In this document: one piece after another, positions 49,559 to 59,508 of the stretch
Position numbering within the stretch: position 1 is the first letter of the stretch
Layout: every line of letters starts with the position of its first letter
DNA from: Thermoanaerobaculia bacterium
GTDB taxonomy: Bacteria > Acidobacteriota > Thermoanaerobaculia > Multivoradales > Multivoraceae
Assembly (NCBI GenBank): GCA_963664405.1
Contig: OY761158.1
Coordinates: 1,728,001-1,792,000 of the forward strand
Length of the DNA stretch: 64,000 bases
Direction of reading: 5' to 3'
Notes under the pieces: model-generated
Databases searched by the model: none
Told to the model about the DNA's origin: nothing
The model's input: only the letters and a program-made list of their open reading frames with translations
Made by a program: the position numbers and the translations under genes

Positions 49559-51238
49559 ATGGCAACCGTTTACGACGCGATCGTTGTCGGCTCCGGCGCG
49601 ACCGGCGGCTGGACCGCAAAGGTGATGACCGAAGCAGGCATGGACGTCCTCATGCTCGAAGCGGGTCGAGCCTTCGATGAGAGCCGCGACTATCGCGAGC
49701 ACACTCTTCCGCACGACCTACCCTTGCGGGGTCAGGACGACCCCCGCAACGAGCTCCTCGCACGACGACCGGTGCAGTCCTACTGCTACGCCTGCACCGA
49801 GGTCAACGCCGACTTCTTTATCGACGACATCGACAACCCCTACACCACCGCGCCTGGCAGAGACTTCAACTGGATCCGCGGCAATGTGGTTGGAGGGAGG
49901 TCGCTGATGTGGGCGAGGCAGTCGTACCGGATGAGCGACTACGACTTCAAAGCCGCGAGCCGCGACGGCTACGGCCAGGACTGGCCTCTGAGCTACGCAG
50001 ACCTCGCTCCGTACTACTCGCGCGTTGAGCGCTATATCGGTGTCTCGGGTCGAAAAGAAGGCCTCGACGTCTTACCGGACGGTGACTTTCTGCCGCCAAT
50101 GCCCTTCAGCTGCGGCGAGATGGCGCTCAAGGAAGCGATCGCCGAGAAGATGAACCGACCGCTCACCATCGGCCGGACCGCTGTTTTGACCGAGTCTCGT
50201 GACGGCCGCCTCGCTTGCCACTACTGCGGACCCTGTCACTACGGCTGCCGCACCCGCTCCTATTTCAACTCTCCCCAGACCACGCTCGTTGACTGCCAGG
50301 CGACCGGCAACTTCACCCTCGTGCCCGACGCTATGGTGAGTCACGTGATCACCTCGGGCGAGAACCGCGCCGAGGGGGTCGCCTACTTCGACAAGACCAC
50401 CGGCGCCGCACGCGAAGTCCGAGCGAAAGTCGTCGTGCTGTGTGCCTCGGCTCTCGCTTCCGCTCGAATCCTGCTGAGCTCGGCAGAGGGCGGCCTCGGC
50501 AATTCGAGCGACGTGCTCGGTCGCTATGTGATGGATCACATCTATTCAACCGGCGTCTCGGGCACGCTTCCGTCACGAGCCGGAGCTCGGGCCGAGAACG
50601 CGAACCGCCCCAACGGGGTCTACATTCCTCGCTTCCAGAACCTCGACGACCCTTCGACCAAGAAGCCGGCTTTCCTGCGCGGCTACGGCTACCAATGCGG
50701 CGAGGGCATCTCTAGCTGGGACCATGCCTACGCCGCCGCGGGCTTCGGCGCCGCCTACAAAGACGCGATTCCCAGCTCCACCGTCTCGACAATTCGGCTG
50801 AGCGGATTCGGCGAGATTCTCCCTCGGAAAGATAACCGCGTAACCCTCGACCCGAATAAGGTGGACAAGTGGGATCTGCCGGTGCTGCGCATCGAGTGCT
50901 CGCTCGGTGACAACGAGATTGCAATGGTCGACGACATCCTCGCCGAAGGGCGCGCCATGCTCGAGGCCATGGGCTGCGAAAACATCACCGAGCGCAGAGA
51001 TCCCGCGCCGATGGGCTCGGGCATCCACGAGGTCGGGGGTGCGCGAATGGGCAAAGAGCCCCAGACGTCCTATCTCAACGAGTACCAGCAGTCTCACGAC
51101 GTCTCCAACTTGTTCGTGATGGACGGTGCGGGCTATGTCACCATCGGTTGTGTCAATCCGACGTTGACAATGATGTCGCTCGCTCTTCGCTCGAGCGAAT
51201 ACCTCGTAGATCAGTTCGGTCGAGGAGCTCTGGCATGA
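49559..51238 (+). CDS. GMC oxidoreductase (sugar 3-/gluconate-2-dehydrogenase-like flavoprotein)
   Basis: GSGATGG, GGRSLMW, CHYCGPC, HEVGGARMG, NPTLT. Confidence 0.9.
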   Translation: MATVYDAIVVGSGATGGWTAKVMTEAGMDVLMLEAGRAFDESRDYREHTLPHDLPLRGQDDPRNELLARRPVQSYCYACTEVNADFFIDDIDNPYTTAPGRDFNWIRGNVVGGRSLMWARQSYRMSDYDFKAASRDGYGQDWPLSYADLAPYYSRVERYIGVSGRKEGLDVLPDGDFLPPMPFSCGEMALKEAIAEKMNRPLTIGRTAVLTESRDGRLACHYCGPCHYGCRTRSYFNSPQTTLVDCQATGNFTLVPDAMVSHVITSGENRAEGVAYFDKTTGAAREVRAKVVVLCASALASARILLSSAEGGLGNSSDVLGRYVMDHIYSTGVSGTLPSRAGARAENANRPNGVYIPRFQNLDDPSTKKPAFLRGYGYQCGEGISSWDHAYAAAGFGAAYKDAIPSSTVSTIRLSGFGEILPRKDNRVTLDPNKVDKWDLPVLRIECSLGDNEIAMVDDILAEGRAMLEAMGCENITERRDPAPMGSGIHEVGGARMGKEPQTSYLNEYQQSHDVSNLFVMDGAGYVTIGCVNPTLTMMSLALRSSEYLVDQFGRGALA

Positions 51239-51849
51239 ACAACGACGAAGACACTCCCAAGGTACAGAATCTCACCCGCCGCGGGGTGATCGCCGCCGGA
51301 GCCGCGGCCGGAGTTGCGACTCTCGCAAAGGTGCCAGGTCTTGGAGGTCCTTCCGTTGCCGGCGCCGCGGTGGCAGTGGGAGATGGTTCGACTTGGCAAC
51401 CAAAATTCCTCAGCTCCCAGCAGGTGGAGCTCATGTCTCGTATCTGCGACCTGATCCTTCCGGCAACTGAGACGCCGGGAGCCCTCGACACCGGAGCCGA
51501 TGAATACATCGACCTCTCGCTTTCCTTGGCGGATTCCGCAGACCAGCTCCGCTTCCTCGGCGGGCTCTCCTGGATGGAGGAGCGATCGGCTGAGCTCCAC
51601 GAGAAGCGCTTCGTCGAGCTCGCGCAAGATCAACAGATCGCGCTGCTGCGCGAGATCAGCGACGAGCACCCCATGCACTCCGCCGAGCTCTCAACTGGCG
51701 CAGCTTTCTTTACCGATATCAAGCGGAGGGTGCTCTTCGGTCACTTCACCTCGAAGAAAGCCCGTGTCGAGGCCCTTGGGCTCCCAGCCGAGGTCAGGCG
51801 CGAGAGCCTGCGCGGCTGTACCCATGAGGACGGCACTCACCGGCGATAA
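51235..51849 (+). CDS. Gluconate 2-dehydrogenase subunit 3 family (Tat hitch-hiker)
   Basis: TRRGVI Tat motif, ILPATETPGA, GHFTS. Confidence 0.85.
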   Translation: MNNDEDTPKVQNLTRRGVIAAGAAAGVATLAKVPGLGGPSVAGAAVAVGDGSTWQPKFLSSQQVELMSRICDLILPATETPGALDTGADEYIDLSLSLADSADQLRFLGGLSWMEERSAELHEKRFVELAQDQQIALLREISDEHPMHSAELSTGAAFFTDIKRRVLFGHFTSKKARVEALGLPAEVRRESLRGCTHEDGTHRR

Positions 51850-51855
51850 GGCGAC

Positions 51856-52827
51856 ATGCCGGAACCGAAGGCACAGCGGGCAGACAACCTCAGCAACGAG
51901 CAATCCCTCGGGCATCACGATACGGTGCTCGATCCGACATCGGAAGTCGCGGAGCGAAGCCGACTAGAGTCCACGGCCCCCCGCCACTCCTGCCTGGTTC
52001 AGATCTACGGTAGCGAGCTGGGGAAATGTTACGTCTTGGCGGGCCGAGTGACCATCGGCCGCGACCCCGCAGCCTCCATCCCGCTGGATATCGCGACGGC
52101 ATCACGGGAGCACGCGCGCCTGGTCGAGCGCGAGGGGCGATGGGTAGTTCACGATCTCGGCAGCACCAACGGGACCTTCGTAAACGGAGAGCGCGTTACC
52201 GCCAAAACGGCCCTCGACAACGGCGACCTTCTCAAGACCGGTCGCGCAGTCTTCAAGTTCCTTGCCGGCGGCAACGTCGAAGCGCTCTACCACGAAGAGA
52301 TCTACCGTCTGACCATCCTCGACGGCCTGACGGCTCTGCACAATCGACGCTACTTCACCGACTTTCTCGAACGAGAGATCGCCCGCGCCGCGCGCTATCG
52401 TCGTCCACTTTCAATCGCGATCTTCGACGTAGACCACTTCAAGAACATCAACGATTCCTACGGACACCTCAGCGGGGATCATGTACTACAGGAGTTGGCT
52501 CGTCTGATCCGCAACGAAGCCCGTCGCGAAGAGCTGGCAGCGCGCTACGGAGGCGAGGAGTTCGCTCTCATCCTCCCCGAGACGACGCTCGAAGCCGCGA
52601 TCGTTGTTTGTGAACGGGTTCGGCAAGGAGTCGAAAGCGAGCAATTCGTCTTCGACGGCGAGAGTTGTAGGGTGACGGTCAGCGCCGGGGCCGCCCGACT
52701 CGACGCCGATATGGACCTCGAGAGCCTGATCAAGGCAGCGGACGCGCAGCTCTACCGCGCCAAGACGAGCGGACGCAATCGAGTTTTCCCGGAGCCTGGC
52801 GAAGAGACTCTGATGGGGATTCGGTGA
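51856..52827 (+). CDS. FHA-domain diguanylate cyclase
   Basis: FHA motifs IGR, SREHA, STNGTFVNG; DGLT..NRR, DVDHFKNINDSYGH, RYGGEEF. Confidence 0.93.
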   Translation: MPEPKAQRADNLSNEQSLGHHDTVLDPTSEVAERSRLESTAPRHSCLVQIYGSELGKCYVLAGRVTIGRDPAASIPLDIATASREHARLVEREGRWVVHDLGSTNGTFVNGERVTAKTALDNGDLLKTGRAVFKFLAGGNVEALYHEEIYRLTILDGLTALHNRRYFTDFLEREIARAARYRRPLSIAIFDVDHFKNINDSYGHLSGDHVLQELARLIRNEARREELAARYGGEEFALILPETTLEAAIVVCERVRQGVESEQFVFDGESCRVTVSAGAARLDADMDLESLIKAADAQLYRAKTSGRNRVFPEPGEETLMGIR

Positions 52828-52855
52828 TGTCGATCGAGGCGGCCTCGAGACTTCG

Positions 52856-53717
52856 CTACCGTACTCGCACAATCAGACGCTGCGCTCCGGCCAAGATAGC
52901 CACCTGCGCGGGATGGTCGAGGTCGAGAACAATCCGAGTGACCGGAGTGGGCTCGGGCTGAAACTGAGCCGAACGAACAAACCGCACCGGAGCGTGGGCG
53001 CTATGGCCGTCATCTGGGCCTGCCCGGTGCAACACTCCTTCGAGGTCCACTACGAGTCGCTCCGGGTCCGGTAGTCGGAAGGCGCGCCAAGAAAACGCAC
53101 CGTCCCCAACCAGGATCACATCGACTCCGAGAAGGCCTCTCTCGACAACCTCGAGCCCTACCAGCTCGCTAGCCCGCTGCCCTTGTGGCTCCGCCCCGCT
53201 TACCCCTCTTCTACCTCCGTAGCCGATGGTCAGGGGCGGCGGCTCAGCCGCGGCAGCGGTGCCGTCCAAGGAGACCTGAGTCTCGATCTCTTCAACCTGC
53301 GCGGCTCGCTCGTCGAGGCCCTCATCCCCCTCCGTCTCTTCCTCTGTCTCGAGCCACTGCACTTCCCGGGTCAGCGAGGGCGGACGAAAAGGTTGATCTT
53401 CCACCACACGGTGCGGGCTTCCGGTCGCTTCAGGCACGGTGACCGGCGCCCGCGGCGCCGGTGAAGCGCAACCCGACAGCAGCTGTGCGGCGAGAACTAG
53501 TGTCGTGTCCCAGAAATGCCTACCCAATAGCTCGGCCCCTTTCGCTCGCTGCCTTCGTTACGCCTCGTCGACAGATTTCCCAATATGCCTGCCTCGACGC
53601 GCCTTGGCAGCGAACGAAATGACCTCGATCTATTAGGCAGGCATTTCCGGGACACGACACTAGAACGACTGCACCCTCTGCGCGTGCGAACGATCTCGAT
53701 CTGACCTTCTCCAACAC
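52856..53717 (-). CDS. AMIN-domain lipoprotein whose signal peptide is interrupted by a MITE
   Basis: FRLPDPERLVVDL, VRSAQF, TRIVLDL; removing 53501-53663 gives MLEKVRSRSFARAEGAVVLVLAAQLLSGC. Confidence 0.78.
53501..53659 (-). mobile_element. MITE-like structured element, TIR type C (159 bp), CTAG duplication
   Basis: TGTCGTGTCCC(A/G)GAAATGCCT TIR; CTAG at 53497 and 53660; shared core on the minus strand. Confidence 0.9.
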
Positions 53718-55807
53718 TAACGGCTCCTCTCCGAAGTGGCAATCGCCTCGAGCATCTCGCGCGCGCGACGCTCCATATCTGCGTCCGTCGCCAGGGTCAG
53801 TGCTTTCTCGACCAGAGGCCTGGCCCGCGCAGGTCGAGTCTCCAGGCTCGCCAGCATGAGGTAAGGCTCCGGCCGAGACGGCTCGGCCCTACTAGCACTC
53901 TCGAAGGCGGCACGAGCGGCGCGGGTCCAACCGAGCTGAGAGCGCGCCTGCCCAAGACTGATATTCGTCGCGAAGGATCGCGGGTCCAATGCCAGCGCCT
54001 GCTCGAGGGCAGCGCTCGCTTCCTCCGCTCTACCCGACTGCAAGTAGGCGACCCCGAGCACGTGGTAGTACGTCGCCTGGGTCGGATCGAGGGCGGCGGC
54101 GCGAGTCTGCGCCTCGATGGCTCGGGAGTAGTCCCCTTGGTCCAGCGCCAGATTGCCGACAAGCATCCATGCACGAGAGTTGTCCGGGTATTCCAAGGTC
54201 GTGCGCTCCGCCTCCGCAAGGGCCGCGGCGAGATAGTCCTCGCCCCTGCCCTCGAGCCAGGCCAGAGTTGGCTCTTCCGCGCGAAGAAACTCGTAGGGCT
54301 CGAGTGAGCCCTGAAGTCGATCGGAACGCACAAACACAGCAGCCAGATCGTCGAAGAAGACGAGCTCGTAGTCGCCGCTCGCACGAAAAGCACGCAACAG
54401 CCCGAGATCATCGAAGCGCACGAGACCGAGCCGCACATCGAGTTGGCGCAGCGTCTCCTCGGGCCCCCATTCCTGAAAGCGGCCGAGAAGATCCTCGAAC
54501 AACATCTGACGGCCATCGATGGCGACCTCCAGACGCGGCCAGGAGCGCCAGATCAGATAACCGCCAAAACTCCAGGAATTGAGAATGGGGCCTTCCAGAC
54601 GATGTGCCTCGATGAACTCGACCGCCGCGACCGGCGCCGAGTAACGGGCTAGATCGGTACCAAAACGGTAGCGCTGACTGTGGTCCTGATGCAGAAGGCT
54701 CCAGTCGCCTGAGAGCAGAGTCGCGGTCGCCCACAAGGTCGCTCCGGCAAGGAGGGCCCCTCGCAGTCCAGGAACGAAGAGACGGGCGAGAGTCGGCACC
54801 AGAGGCCGCAGCCGCTCGCCGATAGCTCGAGAAACGAAGTGAAGGTGACGAGCGAAAATCGCCGTGGAGCAAACCGCAAAGACACCGATGCCACGTAAAG
54901 ACATCAGCGAAAGAGCCAACGCGCCGGCGAGGATGGTCAGGTCCTGCAGGCGAGCCTTGCGAATCGTCACCGCAACCGCAGCTACGGCCAAGGCGGCGAG
55001 AAGGAAGAAAAGTGGGAACGCCTCGAAAGTCGGCGGCAGCCACTCACGAGTGGGCATGTCGCCGATCGAGCCGGGAGCATAGAGCTTGATCGCGGGTGTA
55101 TAGATACGAAAACCGTAGGGATTGATCAAAGTCGCGATCATCGCCAGCAAGACCGAAGCCCCCAAGTGGAGGGTGCTTCCCTCGCCACCGGCGCCGCCGA
55201 GATGCAGGCGGCGGCCCATGGCCTCACCGACCACGTGGGCAACCAACACGGCCATACCCACAATGACGAAAGGATGGAGGTTGCTCCAAGCACAAGCCAA
55301 GAACGGTAGGGCGAGAAGGATCCATTTACGACCATGCACCAGGTACCAGGTCGCCATGAGGTCCGCCAACGCGAGCAAGAAAAAGGTGAACACCTCCGGT
55401 CTCGCATAGAGCCGAAACCTGATCAGCAACAAGCCATAGAGGAGGGCGACCGGAATGACCAGACCGCGCCCTCCGCGCGCCCGGCAACTCAGGCCCAGGA
55501 GTACAAAAATAGACCCGCTCAGAAGAGCCTTGGCGACGACCACCAAGGGCACGCCTCCGACGCGATGAAGCAACGCTGCGACCACTTCGGCGAGCCAAGA
55601 GTAGTAGGCGTAGTACTCGCCTTTCGCGGTGTAGGAGTACACATCCTGTGACGGGATGTCTCCTGATTCGAGGATCTCGTACCCATTGCGGAGATGCCAG
55701 AAAAAGTCGCCATCGGCAATACCGAAGAGGCTGAGAACGACCGCACTGATGACCACCAGCAGCGAGCAGATGACGACGAGCCACCTCGACTGGGCTCGCA
55801 TTTTCAC
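53717..55807 (-). CDS. Multi-TM protein with C-terminal TPRs (GT-C-like)
   Basis: DGDFFWHLRNG, RPE, WSNLH, GGYLIW, IDGR; TPR helices. Confidence 0.8.
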   Translation of the reverse strand: MKMRAQSRWLVVICSLLVVISAVVLSLFGIADGDFFWHLRNGYEILESGDIPSQDVYSYTAKGEYYAYYSWLAEVVAALLHRVGGVPLVVVAKALLSGSIFVLLGLSCRARGGRGLVIPVALLYGLLLIRFRLYARPEVFTFFLLALADLMATWYLVHGRKWILLALPFLACAWSNLHPFVIVGMAVLVAHVVGEAMGRRLHLGGAGGEGSTLHLGASVLLAMIATLINPYGFRIYTPAIKLYAPGSIGDMPTREWLPPTFEAFPLFFLLAALAVAAVAVTIRKARLQDLTILAGALALSLMSLRGIGVFAVCSTAIFARHLHFVSRAIGERLRPLVPTLARLFVPGLRGALLAGATLWATATLLSGDWSLLHQDHSQRYRFGTDLARYSAPVAAVEFIEAHRLEGPILNSWSFGGYLIWRSWPRLEVAIDGRQMLFEDLLGRFQEWGPEETLRQLDVRLGLVRFDDLGLLRAFRASGDYELVFFDDLAAVFVRSDRLQGSLEPYEFLRAEEPTLAWLEGRGEDYLAAALAEAERTTLEYPDNSRAWMLVGNLALDQGDYSRAIEAQTRAAALDPTQATYYHVLGVAYLQSGRAEEASAALEQALALDPRSFATNISLGQARSQLGWTRAARAAFESASRAEPSRPEPYLMLASLETRPARARPLVEKALTLATDADMERRAREMLEAIATSERSR

Positions 55808-55921
55808 CGGAAGCTCCGTCGCAAGTTCTCAGGCACGCGCCTGCGCAGAAAAGGAGGGACAGACTCGAGAAGACACTATCATTCAGCCGCGAGCTTGAGG
55901 CCTTGCCTCAGGTACGGCAAG

Positions 55922-57565
55922 ATGATCGCTGTGAAAGCTCCACGGGTGCTTTTCGCCTTGGCTCTCATTCTGGTCTCGAGCAGCGGTCGAGGCCAGGATT
56001 CGGTCGACCTTCCAGGCGTCTTCTCAGAGACTATCGATGTCAGGGTGGTCAATATCGAGGCGGTAGTGACCGATGGTGAAGGAAGGCGCGCAACCGGTCT
56101 GGGCGCCGCGGACTTCCGTCTTCTCGTTGATGGAGAAGCGACTCCGATCCATTTCTTCAGCGAGGTCCGAGACCGAACGGCGGTCGAGAGCCGCGAGCCG
56201 AGCGGCATCGCTTCCGCACCCGGTGTCTCGCCGCAAGGCCTGAGCACGAGCTATCTGGTCTTCATCGACGACTTCTTCACCACGACTGAGGATCGCAACT
56301 GGGTCCTGCAGAAGATGGCCGAGGACCTGGGCCACCTCGAGAGGAGCGATCGCATGGCGGTGGTCGCTTTCGATGGCACAGAGCTGGCGGTGCTCAGTGG
56401 TTGGACCCGTCACCAGCCACTTCTCGAGCGAACGCTCTTTGACGCGCGTGGCCGTAGGGCCTATGGCAAGCGGCGGCTTCGTGAGCTACGAAGCAGTGAG
56501 CATCTGAGCGCGGGAGTCGGATCCGCCAGCAGCCGGCTCTCTCCGATCGAAGAGCGGTACGCGAGGCTCGTCGGCACGCAGGTGGAGGGAGCGGTATTGG
56601 CGGCGGTGGCGACTCTACGCAGCTTCGCTACGCCACCGGGAAGGAAGGTCATGCTTCTGGTGAGCGGCGGCTGGCCGGTCTCTCCTGCCGAATATGCAAT
56701 TCATCGCGGGGGTGGGGCTATCGGAGACGCCATCGAGCAGGCGCACGAAGACGGGATTCTGGGTTACGACGAGCTCTTCGCTCCCTTGACCGACGCCGCC
56801 AACCTTCTCGGCTACACCCTCTACCCCATCGACGCCCCAGGCACCGCAGGCAAGATCGACACCGATATCCCGGTGGGGACCCTGGGCGGAGCCGGCGACA
56901 CGAGTTTCCTGGGTCGAACGGGGAACCTGCACGCGGCGATGCGACTGCTGGCGGACACGACAGGTGGCCGACCCCTCACCAACAACGCTCGTGACGAAGT
57001 ACTGCAGCGAGTCGCGGCGGATACCAGCTCGTATTACTGGCTCGGATTCCAGATCGACCGACAATCGGACGGTGCCCGCCACACCATCGAGGTCGAGACT
57101 CTGGAGCCGGGTCTCGAGCTCCGATCTCGCGTCGGCTTCGTCGATCTGTCGCGCCGCAGCGAGATGACGATGATGGCCGAGAGCTCGCTGCTCTTCGGTA
57201 ACCCTGTCGGCGAGCGCCCGATCGAGCTGCGCTTCGGCAAGGCGGTAGACGAAAAGCGTGACCGAGTACGGATAGCCGTCGAGGCCGGGTTCCTCCTCGA
57301 CGAAATCACCATGCTCCCCTCGCCGGAGGGGGTGTCGGCGGAGCTCGAAACGCGAGTGAGCGCCCTCGACCATCTCGGCAGCCGGTCGAAGACCACGGTG
57401 GACAAGATCGAGATCAAGCGACCGGCTCGACCGGACCCCGGAGAGATGCACTGGTACACCACCGAGCTCCTGCTTCATCGCAAGCGTAAGCATCGTGTTG
57501 TCGTTGCCATCTTCGATCCGCTCAGCGGTAACATCTACTCCAGCGCCGCCGAGATCTCGCCCTAG
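55922..57565 (+). CDS. Exported VWA-domain protein (acidobacterial type)
   Basis: IDVRVVNIEAVVTD.EG..TGL..DF, GRKVMLLVSGG, LADTTGG, YYWLGF. Confidence 0.85.
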   Translation: MIAVKAPRVLFALALILVSSSGRGQDSVDLPGVFSETIDVRVVNIEAVVTDGEGRRATGLGAADFRLLVDGEATPIHFFSEVRDRTAVESREPSGIASAPGVSPQGLSTSYLVFIDDFFTTTEDRNWVLQKMAEDLGHLERSDRMAVVAFDGTELAVLSGWTRHQPLLERTLFDARGRRAYGKRRLRELRSSEHLSAGVGSASSRLSPIEERYARLVGTQVEGAVLAAVATLRSFATPPGRKVMLLVSGGWPVSPAEYAIHRGGGAIGDAIEQAHEDGILGYDELFAPLTDAANLLGYTLYPIDAPGTAGKIDTDIPVGTLGGAGDTSFLGRTGNLHAAMRLLADTTGGRPLTNNARDEVLQRVAADTSSYYWLGFQIDRQSDGARHTIEVETLEPGLELRSRVGFVDLSRRSEMTMMAESSLLFGNPVGERPIELRFGKAVDEKRDRVRIAVEAGFLLDEITMLPSPEGVSAELETRVSALDHLGSRSKTTVDKIEIKRPARPDPGEMHWYTTELLLHRKRKHRVVVAIFDPLSGNIYSSAAEISP

Positions 57566-57669
57566 CCTCCAGAAATGATGGCTATCATTTCCTCCGGCTA
57601 GTTGTCTTTTGGCGCCGAGGACGGCGCACTCGGCCTCCAGAAATGATGGCTATCATTTCCTCCGGCTAG
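57562..57669. repeat. REP-like units (hairpin-CTAG-GCGCCGAGGACGGCGC); the second copy is split by IS1182
   Basis: CCTCCAGAAATGATGGCTATCATTTCCTCCGGCTAG occurs twice; the second copy resumes at 59224 with TTGTCTTTTGGCGCCGAGGACGGCGCACTCGG. Confidence 0.85.
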
Positions 57670-59223
57670 GAGTCTGCGCGGCAGAAACGGAGTGTTTAGT
57701 GAAGAGATCGAAGACGGAGTAGAGTTGTGGCATGCCAACGTCATTTCGTCCGTATGCCCCGGATCAGCTGTATCTGTTAGCTCCGAGCCCTCGTGACTGG
57801 TTGCCGGAGGGTCACTTGGTGTACTTCATCTCCGAGACGGTGGAGGCGCTGGATCTGTCGTCGTTCTACGCTCGTTACGAGGGGGATGGTCGTCGGAATC
57901 AGCCGTTCGATCCTCGGATGATGGTGAAGGTTTTGCTGTATGCGTATGCGACGGGGACGTATTCGTCGCGTGGCATCGCGCGCAAGCTCGAGGAGGACGT
58001 GGCCTATCGTTTTCTGGCGGCGGGCAACTCTCCGGCGCATCGCACGATTTGTGAGTTTCGTCAGCTTCATTTGGCGGCCTTCCACGCACTGTTCGTGCAG
58101 GTGGTGCAGATCGCGCGTGAGGCCGGGGTGTTGCGTCTGGGGACGTTGGTGGTGGACGGTACGAAGGTCAAGGCCAACGCGAGCAAGCGCAAGTCGATGA
58201 GCTACGGTCGAATGCTGGAGGAGGAGAAGCGTCTGGAGGAGGAGATCGCCGCGCTGATGGCGCAGGCCGAGGCGGTGGATACGGCTGAGGATGCCGAGCA
58301 TGGAGCGCAGCTGCGCGGCGATGAGCTGCCGGCCGAGCTGCAACGGCGCGAGCAGCGCTTGGCGAAGATCCAGGAGGCGAAGGCGCGCCTCGAGGCGCGC
58401 CAGGCCGAGAAGGACCGCGCGCGCGGCCGTACGGAGGATGACGACGACGATCCGCCTCGTCGCGGACGCCCCTTCGCGCGCGATTTCGGTGTTCCGGAGG
58501 ACCGGGCCCAAGACAACTTCACCGATCCGCAGAGTCGGATCATGAAAACGGTCCATGGCTACGATCAGTGCTACAACGGCCAGTTGGCGGTGGAGGAAGA
58601 GTCGCAGATGATCGTCTCGACGAGCCTGACGAACAACGCCGCGGACGTGGACCAGATGATGCCGTTGCTCTCCCGGGCGAAGGCGGCGCTGGGGGAGGAT
58701 CCCGAGCAGGTCTTGGCGGACGCGGGGTATCGCAGCGAGGCGACATTCCTCGAACTCGAGGAGCGAAGCATTGACGCTCACATCTCCTTGGGTCGAGAGG
58801 GAAAGAAGTGGGAAGTGAGTACGCAGCTCGAAGCGTCTCACCGCATGCAGATCAAACTCGCCAGCGAGGCCGGCAAGCAACGCTACCGACGGCGCAAGGC
58901 GGTCGTGGAACCGGTGATCGGGTGGATCAAAGAGGTGCTGGGCTTCCGAAGATTCAGCCTCCGGGGCCAGGAGAACGTCGGCCACGAATGGGATCTGGTG
59001 TGTCTGGCCGTCAATCTCAAGCGCTTCCACGTCCTCCAAGCGGCTTTATGAGCCGCTCCGGGCCATGCCACCGAGTTAGAGCTCACTATACGACCCGCAT
59101 CGCGCTTCCTGACGCCTCGTCAGGCTTGCTCAACGCACTCTCCGCCATCCGAAACCCAATGCGGCGTCCATTCTGCAGCGCGATCGAAGCTTCACCGTAC
59201 CCGCACTCCTGCCGCGCAGACTC
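57670..59223 (+). mobile_element. IS1182-family insertion sequence, 1554 bp
   Basis: 15-bp perfect TIR GAGTCTGCGCGGCAG; CTAG duplication at 57666 and 59224. Confidence 0.93.
57732..59051 (+). CDS. IS1182-family DDE transposase
   Basis: WLPEGHL, MMVKVLLYAY, VDGTKVKANAS, TDPQSRIM, ADAGY, YRRRKAVVEP. Confidence 0.94.
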   Translation: MPTSFRPYAPDQLYLLAPSPRDWLPEGHLVYFISETVEALDLSSFYARYEGDGRRNQPFDPRMMVKVLLYAYATGTYSSRGIARKLEEDVAYRFLAAGNSPAHRTICEFRQLHLAAFHALFVQVVQIAREAGVLRLGTLVVDGTKVKANASKRKSMSYGRMLEEEKRLEEEIAALMAQAEAVDTAEDAEHGAQLRGDELPAELQRREQRLAKIQEAKARLEARQAEKDRARGRTEDDDDDPPRRGRPFARDFGVPEDRAQDNFTDPQSRIMKTVHGYDQCYNGQLAVEEESQMIVSTSLTNNAADVDQMMPLLSRAKAALGEDPEQVLADAGYRSEATFLELEERSIDAHISLGREGKKWEVSTQLEASHRMQIKLASEAGKQRYRRRKAVVEPVIGWIKEVLGFRRFSLRGQENVGHEWDLVCLAVNLKRFHVLQAAL

Positions 59224-59319
59224 CTAGTTGTCTTTTGGCGCCGAGGACGGCGCACTCGGGCGGTGCTTTCTATTCGCTCCGGGAAACGGCTCAGGACCAA
59301 TACTCGGACACGCTCCTAG

Positions 59320-59508
59320 CCTGGACTATTCATGAGGTCCGTAGCGAGGTGCCGCAGATGCCCGAAGATACAAGGCGTCGCGACCGAGAGCACCGCAGGC
59401 GTATTGGGCAATACGTCGAGGGGCGCGACGGGGACGCCCAGTCAGAGCGCAACGCAGTAGATTCGGGCAGCTGCGGCACCGTAGTAGGAGCTTCATGAAT
59501 AGTCCAGG
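59320..59508 (+). mobile_element. MITE-like structured element, TIR type D (189 bp), CTAG duplication
   Basis: CCTGGACTATTCATGA / TCATGAATAGTCCAGG; CTAG at 59316 and 59509; core variant GGCGTATT..AATACGTC. Confidence 0.88.

Noticed and set aside
55694-55921. N-terminal extension of the VWA protein
   Set aside because: Overlaps the divergent gene; the signal peptide begins at ATG 55922.
57777-59039. 420-aa antisense ORF over the transposase
   Set aside because: Shadow frame expected from high-GC codon bias; no motifs.
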